Shown piece after piece: positions 13,132-23,607 of a stretch of DNA of 64,000 bases; within the stretch, counting starts at the first letter, position 1, and the number at the start of each line of letters is the position of its first letter. The notes under the pieces are model-generated. The model was not told where the DNA came from and did not search any database. It saw only the letters and a list, made by a program, of their open reading frames with translations. Both the position numbers and the translations under genes were made by a program. Source of the stretch: Iphione sp. A-MEVVRFRX5 (taxonomy: Eukaryota); assembly GCA_976226885.1 (NCBI GenBank), contig OZ320321.1:2046001-2110000 (forward strand), in the 5' to 3' direction.

Positions 13132-14055
13132 GTGACTACCAGGTCCACACAGTAAGGACTACCAGGGCCTGGCATTGAAGACTACCAGGACCACACAGTG
13201 GAGACTACCAGGGCCACACAGTGAGGACTACCAGGTCCACACAGTAAGGACTACCAGGGCCTGGCATTGAAGACTACCAGGACCACACAGTGGAGACTAC
13301 CAGGGTCACACAGTGAGGACTACTAGGGCCAGACAGTGGGGACTACCAGGGCCAGACAGTGAGGACTACCAGGGCCAGACAGTGAGGACTACCAAGACCA
13401 CACGGTGAGGACTACCAGGGTCAGTGAGGACTACCAAGACCACACAGTGAGGACTACCAGGGCCAGACAGTGAGGACTACTAGGGCCTGGCAATGAAGAC
13501 TACCAGGACCACACAGTGGAGACTACCAGGGTCACACAGTGAGGACTACCAGGGCCACACAGTGGGGACTACCAGGGCCAGACAGTGAGGACTACCAGGG
13601 CCACACAGTGAGGGCTACCAGAGCCACACAGTGAGGACTACCAGGTCCACACAGTGAGGACTACCAGGGGCCTGGCACTGAGGACTACCAGGGCCACACA
13701 GTGGGGACTACCAGGGCCAGACAGTGAGGACTACCAGGGCCACACAGTGAGGGCTACCAGAGCCACACAGTGAGGACTACCAGGGCCACACCGTGAGGAC
13801 TACCAGGGACAGACAGTGGGGACTACCAGAGCCAGACAGTGAGGACTACCAGGGGCCTGGCACTGAGGACTACCAGGGCTAGACAGTGAGGACTACCAGG
13901 GTCTGGCACTGAGCACTACCAGGGTCTGGCACTGAGAACTACCAGGGTCTGGCACTGAGCACTACCAGGGCCTGGTAGTGAGGACTAACAGGGCCAGACA
14001 GTGAGGACTACCAGGGCCTGGCACTGAGGACTACCAGGGCCTGGCACTGAGGACT
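13132..14055. repeat. Minisatellite, 23-bp unit
   Basis: gactaccagggccacacagtgag tandem copies. Confidence 0.95.
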
Positions 14056-14531
14056 TGTCCAGCTCCCAGGAGGTGCAATGACTAAGAGAAGAACTGGAAG
14101 TTACTGAACGGAGAAATAATCTAATCCTGGACTAGATGCCACTCAGGATCCGGTTACGAAATGCTACTGCAGTGTTTAGATACACTCCTACTTATGAGTG
14201 CCAAATTATCTGGTCGAATCTGAGAACGGTAGAAACGAATTCTGGTGAAAAGGAGGTGAGGGCTCCATGAAAGAAAAAGCGACAGCATTCAAAAGATACT
14301 GTGACGAAATAGCAGCTGTGTTCTCACCAGTAGACTACCCTGTTATGACAAATGGAATCATGTTGTCATGCCCCCTGCCAGTGGTTGCCTAGTCACAAGT
14401 ACTTCTTTTTGTTTAACAAAATAGTGCCTATATTAATAGTGTCATGTGGGGTCTTGGATCATAAGATATGATCCTGTATCCAAATAAATGATAGAAAGTC
14501 CCTTTATTGGTGTTGTTATCATTAAATGGTT

Positions 14532-14570
14532 GACAGGAACAGGGTTTCGCTCCTCTGAGCTCCTCAGGTC
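14532..14570 (-). ncRNA. Hammerhead-ribozyme-like motif (Penelope-like element type), stem III degenerate
   Basis: Minus strand GAC-CTGAGGA-GCTC(AGAG)GAGC-GAAAC-CCTGTTCCT-GTC, with AATAAA about 25 nt downstream. Confidence 0.5.
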
Positions 14571-17060
14571 TATAGTTCTGGTGTAGTAAAAAAAAAGCAT
14601 TCAAAAGAGAAATGCAACTTTAGGGCGTAATAGATGTAGTGATTAATACTTTGCCAATAGTACATAGTAAACCCTTCTATAGTCTGGATGTGATCCAAGA
14701 ACTACCCAAAGGTAACTGTAAAGAAATCCAATTATGAAAATATAGATGACACATGGTTACCTGTAGTTAACTGACTACAATAGTCTGGATGTGATCCAAG
14801 AACTGTACGACGCAATTACACACGGCTTAGAGAGCGGTGAAGCTGACAGGACGTGAACCCTGTACGCATCATTTATAGTAGCACTTGGATGTATACTAAT
14901 AACAGAAATAACACATGACAGATAACCCACAAATTAGATGGATGGAATCCATGTACTGTATTATATTTTCAAACAGGGTGTAATCCTTTAAACTGCTACA
15001 AAGATGATATATTTGCTTAAACTCTTGGAAACATGACATTAGAAATATTAACTCTCAACATATACTCTAACATGTAGAATACTTGAATTACTACTAAAAT
15101 TACTCAGTCCCATGGGTCTATATACATAAATATTATATAAAAATCAGTTCAGTTAACTGAAGGGTTTTAGAGTTATAAGACCGGCAAGAGTGCGATGGAA
15201 GGTCAGATGGTCAGCAGTACTCATAAGGAGCCCCCCCCCCTCTCTCTATGAGGCGTCCACTCTACAGGTCTTCAGGAAGGATGCCCGTCGCCTGCGTAAA
15301 ACCACTAATCCGCTGCTACTTACGATTACACCCGTCAGTCTACCTAGAAATGTCTCCCCCACACAGCGGGAAACAACGACCTCATCCGTCTCCAGATAGT
15401 TTGAACGCTACTGACAACGACAGGGGGTGTCACCTATACTTAGCGAGGCGTTATTCCGTGATCTGAATTCTTGGTGAAGCGTTATTTGCTCTCCCAAATA
15501 AAGGTGAAGCGTTTTTCAGCAATTTCTGGCTATTGGGGATCAAGGATTAAATTCTTGGTGAACCTTTATCTACGATAAGCGTTTATATTCGCAGACACTG
15601 AAGCCTAACAACACAGAATCATGACCAAGATAGGCGAATCGGAGTCGAATGGTACACCTGGACAAGCAAGCTTCACGAAGACTTGGCATTCTGAGTATAA
15701 TGAGGCAGCGAATTGTAATACTATGAGATGTACGAGTTATTAACCACCCTTTAGACTAGGTTTCCCCAATGGGAAATGTTCCATTTTCCACGGCGTCACG
15801 GCATGTTGGACCTAGTAGTACATGAAAAGTGAGGATGAGATGGCTTTGTCAGCAATGTTCTGCGTAAAAAGACACATATTTACACATATTTCCGGACATC
15901 TGTTCCCTAGTTTTGCCATTTTTTTTCGAAATACGTTCTTTTGGGCTGCTTTTACGAAAATACTACATGATTTGGCGGTTCTCTCCCCTTTTTCGGCCTA
16001 GTTTGCAGCAATCTTGCCCTTTTCTGCCAACTTACCATCATTTTGCATCGTTTTTGCATTGTTTTCATTGCCAAAGAAACACGTTGTACATGTCACGCGC
16101 TTCGCTTATATAGTAGTTATTGGATTAACTTTTCATGCAGAAATATGGCAACAAGCTTACATGAAGACCTAGCCTTAAATACGCGTAGAGCGAGGAGCTG
16201 GAGACCGCGATCAGTTAACTCGGAGGTGACTGAGGACAGCGCGCAGTCTGCCGCCAGATTAAAACACGGAGAAATAACCAAGGTTAATAAGCCAGTCTAG
16301 AGTTGATTTATAAACTGAGAGTGCGGTCTTGGACCGCGGCTCACCGTACGGTGTGCTGTGATATTAGAAATAACAGTCCAACCTAGGTGACCGATTTTGT
16401 CGGTTAATCACACACATTTCAACGCGTGGAGTTTCATTTTTTTATAGTTGGGTGTACTGGATCCCCGACTTAACTTCACAGATTTACGAGGACCAGATGC
16501 TGATCAGATGAGCGGCGCCAACTGTATTCCGAAAATACTGCTTCTAGAGATCTGTGGACAATTCAAAACAAAGAGCCTTTCCAGAGGCCGTCACGGAGAA
16601 CACGAACCATATCCAACAGTGGTTTCTCTCGATTTTTTTCCATTTACAATATCATTTTTTTTAGATATTGAGATTTCTTGTGTACAACAAGTTTGCATTT
16701 TTAATGTATACTTTGCAATGATATCATTTAAACGAGTTGCAAACTATTTCTAAGACCGTCCAGTCTGGGAGGGATTCTGCAGTGCATTAGTATGAAATGA
16801 CAGCTGACTCTGAACCTACGTGATAAATACAGCGCGACGTCTCTAAACGTCATGGATGAATGAAGCGTCGCGTTAAGAAATCGTCAACTATAAATGATGA
16901 ATATCATGTTCGAGGAAATTCACATACTGTTTACTCCTATCACGACGGTGATGTGTACTATACCCCCCCCCCCACACACACACACACACTTCCCATGCAC
17001 ACCCTGCCCAGGCAGCGGACACGGTCCAAGTCCGGAAAGTGTCCATTTATATAGTTACAG

Positions 17061-17127
17061 AGGACGTTACGTCATAAACTTGGCTTACGCCTTTCCAAAA
17101 ACAAAAAAAAAAAAAGGACGTTACGTC
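17061..17127 (+). mobile_element. Extremely 5'-truncated L1/Tx1-type retroinsertion (about 40 bp) with 13-bp TSD
   Basis: aggacgttacgtc at 17061-17073 and 17115-17127 flanks ataaacttggcttacgcctttcc plus an A-tail. The insert resembles the 3' end of the full-length LINE. Confidence 0.7.
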
Positions 17128-17929
17128 CATAAAGCCACCAGAGGGACCAATAATGACATTTCAAAAAAATCATTATGCTTACTTAGAAGTTCCAATCGAA
17201 CCATGAATAATCTCGCTATTTTCGGGGTCTAGCTCAGGTCTGAAATAAAATTATTTTGTACAATTCCTCCTGCTAACCATACCCAGTCCTGGTGTCCTGG
17301 TGCCTCTACACTTGACTGCATTCTAGATAAGTCGATCCTAGCTAACACTGAACTACCCAGGATGATTCATACAACAAATACCACGTCTGACTTCATTCCC
17401 TCTTGATAACTAACGAAACACTTCCTAGTGTCGAAGGCGAAGAGATACGGGAAATTTACCTGTACATCCTATTCCATGTACATATGTACACAGTTTGCAA
17501 AGCTACTCACCCCCCTCACCCCACACCATGGCCCGGAATGCTTTTACCGGGAAGTGGTTTACACTCAGAGAGTAGTGCGACCCTTACGTCTCAAATGTCT
17601 ACCCTGAGTGCTATGTAATTGTTAATGCAATGACAACGACGCTGTTAACCCTATCCACTAGTACTGCCTATGTGTGTCTCCTGGCTAATTACTATAAATT
17701 ACAAAAACTCTAGCTTAACGTTCATGAGGAGGGACCGTGGTGAGTATTTGATCATTTTAGATCTTGTATTTTCTTTTCAAATGCGCAGCATGTGTAGATG
17801 TGTGTAGTACATGTACGTCTGTCATCTAAACATGCTTGACCGTTCTGTAGTGGGTTTTGTTTTTTCCTCCCATGAGTTCGGGTATGTTTCCTTCTGTCTG
17901 TCTGTGAATAACCTTGTTGTCCGTCCCCT

Positions 17930-18041
17930 CCTTCCAACGATCCAGGACTGCCTCTGCTGCTGCTGCTGCTGTTACCTCACTACAGCTGCAGCGGCTGCTG
18001 CGGCTGCTGCCACTGTCAACACCACCACCACCGCTGCCGCC

Positions 18042-18076
<35 letters not shown>

Positions 18077-18270
18077 AGCGCTCAGTACTAGCGCTACTGT
18101 CTACTGCCGTCGTCGCCGTCGTGGAAGCTGGATCGGTTAGACAACCGGACCATAGACGGCCGGCTGCTGGCCAAACACCCAGTGACGGCCTGTCACCCGA
18201 TGACAAGCCGAGGCCACTCGAGACGGGTCGGACCGCCTAGCGGCGAATAGGGCTCCGCCATACCCAACAA
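17930..18270. promoter_or_regulatory. CpG island with (GCT)n/(GCC)n/(ACC)n triplet runs at the start of the ANKS1-like intron 1
   Basis: Very GC/CpG-rich; (GCT)~9 at about 18046-18072 and (CTG)~6 at about 17954-17971. Confidence 0.6.
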
Positions 18271-18411
18271 GCCAGTCTTAAACCTATCTGATCGTTCAAA
18301 TAAACATAGGCCATCCTTCTGCGGTGAAAGAAACGTAACACGAGGGGGTAAATGTGCCTGAAAATGAACATCGTCTGCAAATTGAACGTCAAATGTAGAG
18401 ATTGAGCTTAC

Positions 18412-18524
18412 CTGGCCAGTGGTCCTAGAGGGCCTTTGAGCTTGGCTCGCTGGCTCAGGATTTTGTCGATCACTGGTACGTTTCCAGTCCTGGCGGCTTC
18501 AAGGAGGTCTTGTTCCTTCCCCAT
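18412..18524 (-). CDS. ANKS1: First coding exon of an ANKS1A/ANKS1B-like ankyrin repeat and SAM domain protein
   Basis: Translates MGKEQDLLEAARTGNVPVIDKILSQRAKLKGPLGPLA(S), matching the ANKS1 N-terminus as I recall it (MGK[DE]QELLEAARTG). Ends in a phase-2 AG|gtaagc donor. The next exon was not found in the window. Confidence 0.8.
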
Positions 18525-18633
18525 TCTTAAATCCCTCGTCGTACTCCAATTATGGTCGCTTTTATTCACGTATTTTCATCCCCTCGACGGACTGAATTTC
18601 CTCAATCGCCATCATTCTACTAATGACGCACGT

Positions 18634-18810
18634 GCTGCCCCCTAGTGCTTTGCTTATACAATAAAATATGCAACGCGAGCATTCATTGGTCTATTGATGC
18701 GCCGGCTGCGCGTGTTGACCAATCAGAATTGGCCTTAGAAGCCTCTGAGTGAGCAGATCCGCTCCGTCCATCTGATGATGGTCTGCCTGACAGTTGCTCA
18801 CAGATGGCGT
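18634..18810. promoter_or_regulatory. Putative promoter of the ANKS1-like gene
   Basis: CTCF-like gctgccccctagtgc (18634-18648), three CCAAT boxes in both orientations (18685, 18719, 18728), YY1-like agatggcg (18802) and CpG enrichment, 110-290 bp upstream of the ATG. Confidence 0.55.
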
Positions 18811-19733
18811 CACTTTGACTTAAATAGGAATGTAATGTAATGTGTTTAGTACACTTGTCAGAGTAAAGTGAGGTATTTAAAGTGTAAAGTACATCGTGTA
18901 GAAAACAATAATTTGATGATCCTCGAAGTCTTGATTTTCTTCATGTCTTTCTCAGCATCTGGTAATCTATTCCAACCACCAATTCCTTTACAATAGAAAC
19001 TATTTCTTATAAATTTGGTCTTAGGCTCAATTTGATGAATCTATTTCGATTTCGCCTGCCGGGTCTGTCCCCTACTTTCTGGTCATTACACACCTGGTAA
19101 CTGCAACCTATGAATCAAAAGAACAGATCTGGATATTGATAACTGGTGAATGGACCAATCGCCAGTGGCTGAAGAAACATTGTCCCGATTTTAAGCAATC
19201 TGATTGGTTGATTCCCACTAAGACGTCACAAATAGTAAAAATGACGTAGACTACGCGTTTCTTCAACCTTTCGTGATTGGTCCATTGAAGGCAAAGATAA
19301 CCTATTCTTGAGTTTCTCTGCAGAGACCTCTCTTTGTGAATCTCCATGTAGAATCACACGTTTCACAGCATTATTGAAATCTAAGGATCCCAAATGTCAG
19401 ACCTTGATGACAAACTAGAGGATGATGTCAGAGGCAACATGCAAAAGAAAAGAACACACAGACTTCCAAGTACTTTTAATTTGTAATCTCAAAAGCTTTA
19501 TACTTTTACCAATATCAGACCACTACTGGCACCATAGGTAAACCTTAATAAATTGCCAGTATTGGGCTATTATTCTTTTTTTTTTTTTTTGAAATGGCAC
19601 CAGCCAGTTTATTACAAGAAGATATTACAATTGATCAATCCGTGGTGCTTTTTGAAGTTTTTTTAGATAGAAAACAAAATAACAACAATAACATGAATAC
19701 TTAATACTAACAAAGAAAAAGGTGGATTTGTAT

Positions 19734-22700
19734 TTACATTTGTTCAAAAATATAATCCCATACATTAAACTTAGACGACATACCTCTGTATTTCCAAACA
19801 AGTCTCTCAGTTAATAAAATCCGTTTAAATTCGAGTAACCAGTCGTACAAATCAAAGTGACCGTTATGAAACCTTTTTTGACGGAATAAATAATATTTAC
19901 CCCATAATAATAAAAAGTTAATTTGATGCTTATTCTTATATCCTGATTGGACTCCAAAGAGAAATTCCCTAATTTTAAGGTCATATAGTGATTCATTTGT
20001 TACTCTGAACCACCAATCAAGGATATGTTCCCAGAAAGATTGTGCTACAGGACAATCCACGAAAAAGTGAAATACATCATCAATACCATCACAAAAAGTA
20101 CATTTAGGTGTAGACAAAATGTGACGTTTACATAAAAAGGCATTAGTGGCAATAATATTATGATTCACCTTGTATTGAAAAGTATGCCATTTGGTATTTA
20201 CAGTACAACGGAAGGGTGTCAAGTAAATATTAGACCAAGTATAGTTTTCATCAGACAAATGGGACATATAAGTAGACCAATAATTACAACCAGCAGATTT
20301 AGACAAATAGGATCGAACAAAGATCCAATAAAGCTCCTTAGCAGATAGTCTTAGAATATTAATTACAGAGTTATTTATCTGTATTAGTAAAGCATTTTTT
20401 TGAAAAACAGCAAATGATGACTTTAAAGTCTGAATATATTCCCAGGGGGGGATACATTGAAGCAGGTTGAATTCAGCTTGTGTACAATTTAGGTGGTGCC
20501 GAGAATTAAATTGAGTTAAAGTAAGGAAAGATCCATGTGCAAATATATCACCAACTGCTATAACTCCAGCTGGTTTACATATACTTTCCAAAGATTTGCA
20601 ATGTAAATTGTTACTTGCATCATTATTCCACAACGGAGCATTAATCATCAAGTCAGGATGAGCTACATCAGCAAAGTATAATTTAGACCAGGCTCGAAGA
20701 ACTTCTTTACCAAATGGCCAGGTACAATTTTTATGTAATTTTTTTGATTTAGCAAAAAAGAAATAGTAAAGGTCATGTGTTGTAAATAAACCTTCCAAAA
20801 GATAGGCAATATCAGGAAATACTCGGTTAACCCATCGGTTAACCTGAAATACTCGGTTAGCTTGGAACCTGGAGAAGAAATCCGCCAACTTTAACCCACC
20901 ATCAGAGATTTCCTGAGTCAGTACATTTTTTCTAATTTTGGCAGGTTTTTGATTCCAGATGAATTTGGTGATAATAGTGTTGATTTCTGAGAAGACCTTA
21001 GTAGGTACCGCTGTCACAGACATTATGTATTGAAGCCTAGGTAGTAATAACGAGTTAACAATGGTAATATTCCCCTTAAGCGATAAAGACTTAAATTGCC
21101 AACGTTGTATCAATGTACGAATTGCTTTAAAATGGGGTAAGTAATTAAGGGTATAATGTAGATCTTCATTATAACTTTCTAAAAACCATACACCAAGTAT
21201 ACGGATTGTAGAGACAAGAGGGATATTGAATGTAGGATGAGGGGTAAATATAGAAGAACCCAAAGGTAACAACTGAGATTTTTCAGGGTTGACTTTAAGA
21301 CCAGACAGTTTATAAAATTCATCAAGAATAACAGCAATTTCGTCTAGATCAGACTGATTTGCTACAAACACCGTTGTATCGTCTGCATATTGAACTAGCT
21401 TATATGACATGTTACCAACACAAATCCCATTAAAAGTAGCAGATGTTCTAATCATATAAGATAATACTTCAACGACTAATATAAACAATAATGGTGAAAT
21501 CGGACATCCTTGATGGACTCCTCGTTGCAATGGAAAATAATTAGAGGTGTAACCAGCATTGAATATACAACATTCTGAATTCATATATAAAGTTTTTATC
21601 CAATGAATCATCTGAGAAGAGAAATTAAATTTATGTAGGACCGCACTCAAAAAATTCCAAGAAACACTATCGAAGGCCTTTTGAAAATCTAAACTTAACA
21701 CAGCACCCGGCAGTTTTAAAGTATTAATATAATGTGATATATCATTAATAAGTTGTAAGTTATCATGGATTGTACGACCTGGGAGAAATCCTGTTTGGAA
21801 GGGTGAAATGTAATCACCAAGAATTTTTTTCAAACGGGTTGCTAAAGTTTTCGCTACAATTTTATAGTCGGTGTTAAGAAGTGCAATGGGTCGCCAATTT
21901 TTTATATATAATTTATCTTTTAAAGGTTTAGGGAGAAGGGTAATGAGAGCTCTGCGTTGTTCCATACTCATCTGACCACCTTTATAGGCAGCATTAAAAT
22001 TTTCTAAGAGGAAAGGAGCCAAAATTGACCAAAAATGTAGGTAGAATTCTCTAGTAAGGCCGTCACTGCCTGGGGATTTGTTAGGTGCCATGTCTTTTAG
22101 TGTTTGGTACAATTCATCTACTGTAAAGGGAGCATCCATAAATTCGTTATCAACATCATTGATTTTTGGTAACTGCATATGTTGTATTTCGTTAAGTAAT
22201 TTTTGTTCCCCTTGAGTAGAAAAACCTTCTCCTGAGTATAGAGTACGGAAGAAATTATGTTGATATCTTAATAATTCTTTAGGGTTCGTAATCACATCCC
22301 CCTGATCATTCTTTAGAATTGAAATCGATTTTTGCTTTGCTTTTTCTTTTTCCAAACGTAAGAAATAGCCCGAGGGTTTTTCCCCAAAGGAAATCCATTT
22401 TGCTTTTGAACGTAACATAGCACCTCTGGCCTTTGCATTTTCAATCTCTCTCAAGTCTTTGGTACATGATTTAATTTCCATTTCCTCCGAGCTAACATCG
22501 ATGGAGGAGGTAGCAGAATCTATAACAGATTGTAAATGTAACAATCTAGTCAATAGCTCATTCTCAGACTCTTTAGCTTGTTTAGCCTTAATTTTACCAT
22601 ATGAAATAGTATACGCACGTATTTTGTACTTAACATAATCCCATTGCATAGATAGACTACACTCAGATGCCTCCTGAAACCAAAGAGGAAGGAGTGCTGT

Positions 22701-23510
22701 TATCTCAGCACAGTAGGAGGAATCCTGTAACAACATATTATTCATTTTCCAGTACCCAGGGCCAGGTTTATGGGACGGAGTATAAAACTCACATATAACT
22801 GGATTATGGTCAGACTGTGAATTAAAACCAATGGAAGAGTTAACCACTTTAAGCTCTAGTTCCTTAGAGACAAAAATGTAGTCTATACGAGTAGCTGCAG
22901 ATGGTCCATGCCACGAATACCGACGAACTTGAGGGTGTTGTGTTCGCCAGATATCTGTAAGGTTGAAAACGTCCAGTAGATTTTGTAGAGCCTTTGCAGA
23001 TTGAGAAGGCGTCCGTGAGGTAGAAAGTGAAGATTTCTTGTCAAGAAGCGGATTAAGAGTAATATTAAAGTCACCAAGAATACACCAGGGGTATTCATCA
23101 TCTATACCTGAGATAAAGTCTGTAATTTGTTCAATCAAAGATATCTGGTCCTTTGCTTCATTAGAAGTGAAGCAATAAATGTTGATAATGTGAAAAGTCA
23201 TATCTGAAATCGTTACCCTTGCGTAGATATAGCGACCCTGCGAGTCATTTTGGGTGGTATGGATCTTATAGGTCAATTGAGAGGAAAATAAAAGCGCAAC
23301 ACCTGCTGATCTGGTGGATCCATGAGAACACACCCAATCCCCTGACCATTGTGAAGACCAGTAGGGTTGTGAATCTGGAGCACTATGAGTCTCCTGTACG
23401 GCAATTACATCATATTTACTAAGCTTAAAGTTCTCTAAAATTGCCTTGCGCTTTATCTTACCACCTAACCCTCTAACATTTAAAGTAGCAATCTTAAGTG
23501 TAGAAAACAT
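19734..23510 (-). CDS. LINE ORF2 protein, 1258 aa: APE endonuclease + reverse transcriptase + C-terminal CCHC zinc finger
   Basis: EN motifs ATLNVRGL, VQETH, GDFN, IDY, SDH. RT motifs WRPIALLNTDYK, LDFQKAFD, QGCPISP, YADD. C-terminal CTFC...HFFVDC. Confidence 0.97.
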   Translation of the reverse strand: MFSTLKIATLNVRGLGGKIKRKAILENFKLSKYDVIAVQETHSAPDSQPYWSSQWSGDWVCSHGSTRSAGVALLFSSQLTYKIHTTQNDSQGRYIYARVTISDMTFHIINIYCFTSNEAKDQISLIEQITDFISGIDDEYPWCILGDFNITLNPLLDKKSSLSTSRTPSQSAKALQNLLDVFNLTDIWRTQHPQVRRYSWHGPSAATRIDYIFVSKELELKVVNSSIGFNSQSDHNPVICEFYTPSHKPGPGYWKMNNMLLQDSSYCAEITALLPLWFQEASECSLSMQWDYVKYKIRAYTISYGKIKAKQAKESENELLTRLLHLQSVIDSATSSIDVSSEEMEIKSCTKDLREIENAKARGAMLRSKAKWISFGEKPSGYFLRLEKEKAKQKSISILKNDQGDVITNPKELLRYQHNFFRTLYSGEGFSTQGEQKLLNEIQHMQLPKINDVDNEFMDAPFTVDELYQTLKDMAPNKSPGSDGLTREFYLHFWSILAPFLLENFNAAYKGGQMSMEQRRALITLLPKPLKDKLYIKNWRPIALLNTDYKIVAKTLATRLKKILGDYISPFQTGFLPGRTIHDNLQLINDISHYINTLKLPGAVLSLDFQKAFDSVSWNFLSAVLHKFNFSSQMIHWIKTLYMNSECCIFNAGYTSNYFPLQRGVHQGCPISPLLFILVVEVLSYMIRTSATFNGICVGNMSYKLVQYADDTTVFVANQSDLDEIAVILDEFYKLSGLKVNPEKSQLLPLGSSIFTPHPTFNIPLVSTIRILGVWFLESYNEDLHYTLNYLPHFKAIRTLIQRWQFKSLSLKGNITIVNSLLLPRLQYIMSVTAVPTKVFSEINTIITKFIWNQKPAKIRKNVLTQEISDGGLKLADFFSRFQANRVFQVNRWVNRVFPDIAYLLEGLFTTHDLYYFFFAKSKKLHKNCTWPFGKEVLRAWSKLYFADVAHPDLMINAPLWNNDASNNLHCKSLESICKPAGVIAVGDIFAHGSFLTLTQFNSRHHLNCTQAEFNLLQCIPPWEYIQTLKSSFAVFQKNALLIQINNSVINILRLSAKELYWIFVRSYLSKSAGCNYWSTYMSHLSDENYTWSNIYLTPFRCTVNTKWHTFQYKVNHNIIATNAFLCKRHILSTPKCTFCDGIDDVFHFFVDCPVAQSFWEHILDWWFRVTNESLYDLKIREFLFGVQSGYKNKHQINFLLLWGKYYLFRQKRFHNGHFDLYDWLLEFKRILLTERLVWKYRGMSSKFNVWDYIFEQM

Positions 23511-23607
23511 AACAAAAGAAACGAGAAAAGTCGTAGAGTAGGGGGTGGACAGCTAGAGAAGGGGAGAGAAGCCAAGAAGAGATAAAAAGAGGGAGGCTTG
23601 ACGACGT

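Noticed and set aside
541-14055. Regular repeat arrays as CRISPR loci
   Set aside because: The units are tandem with no unique spacers, there are no cas genes, and the context is eukaryotic.
14800-14880. tRNA/SINE B-box-like gggttcacgtcct (minus strand)
   Set aside because: No A-box or cloverleaf could be built.
16144-16620. CpG-rich ORFs (MATSLHEDLAL...; 16448..16753) as a nested gene
   Set aside because: No homology recognised and no consistent exon chain; more likely a decayed transposon segment.
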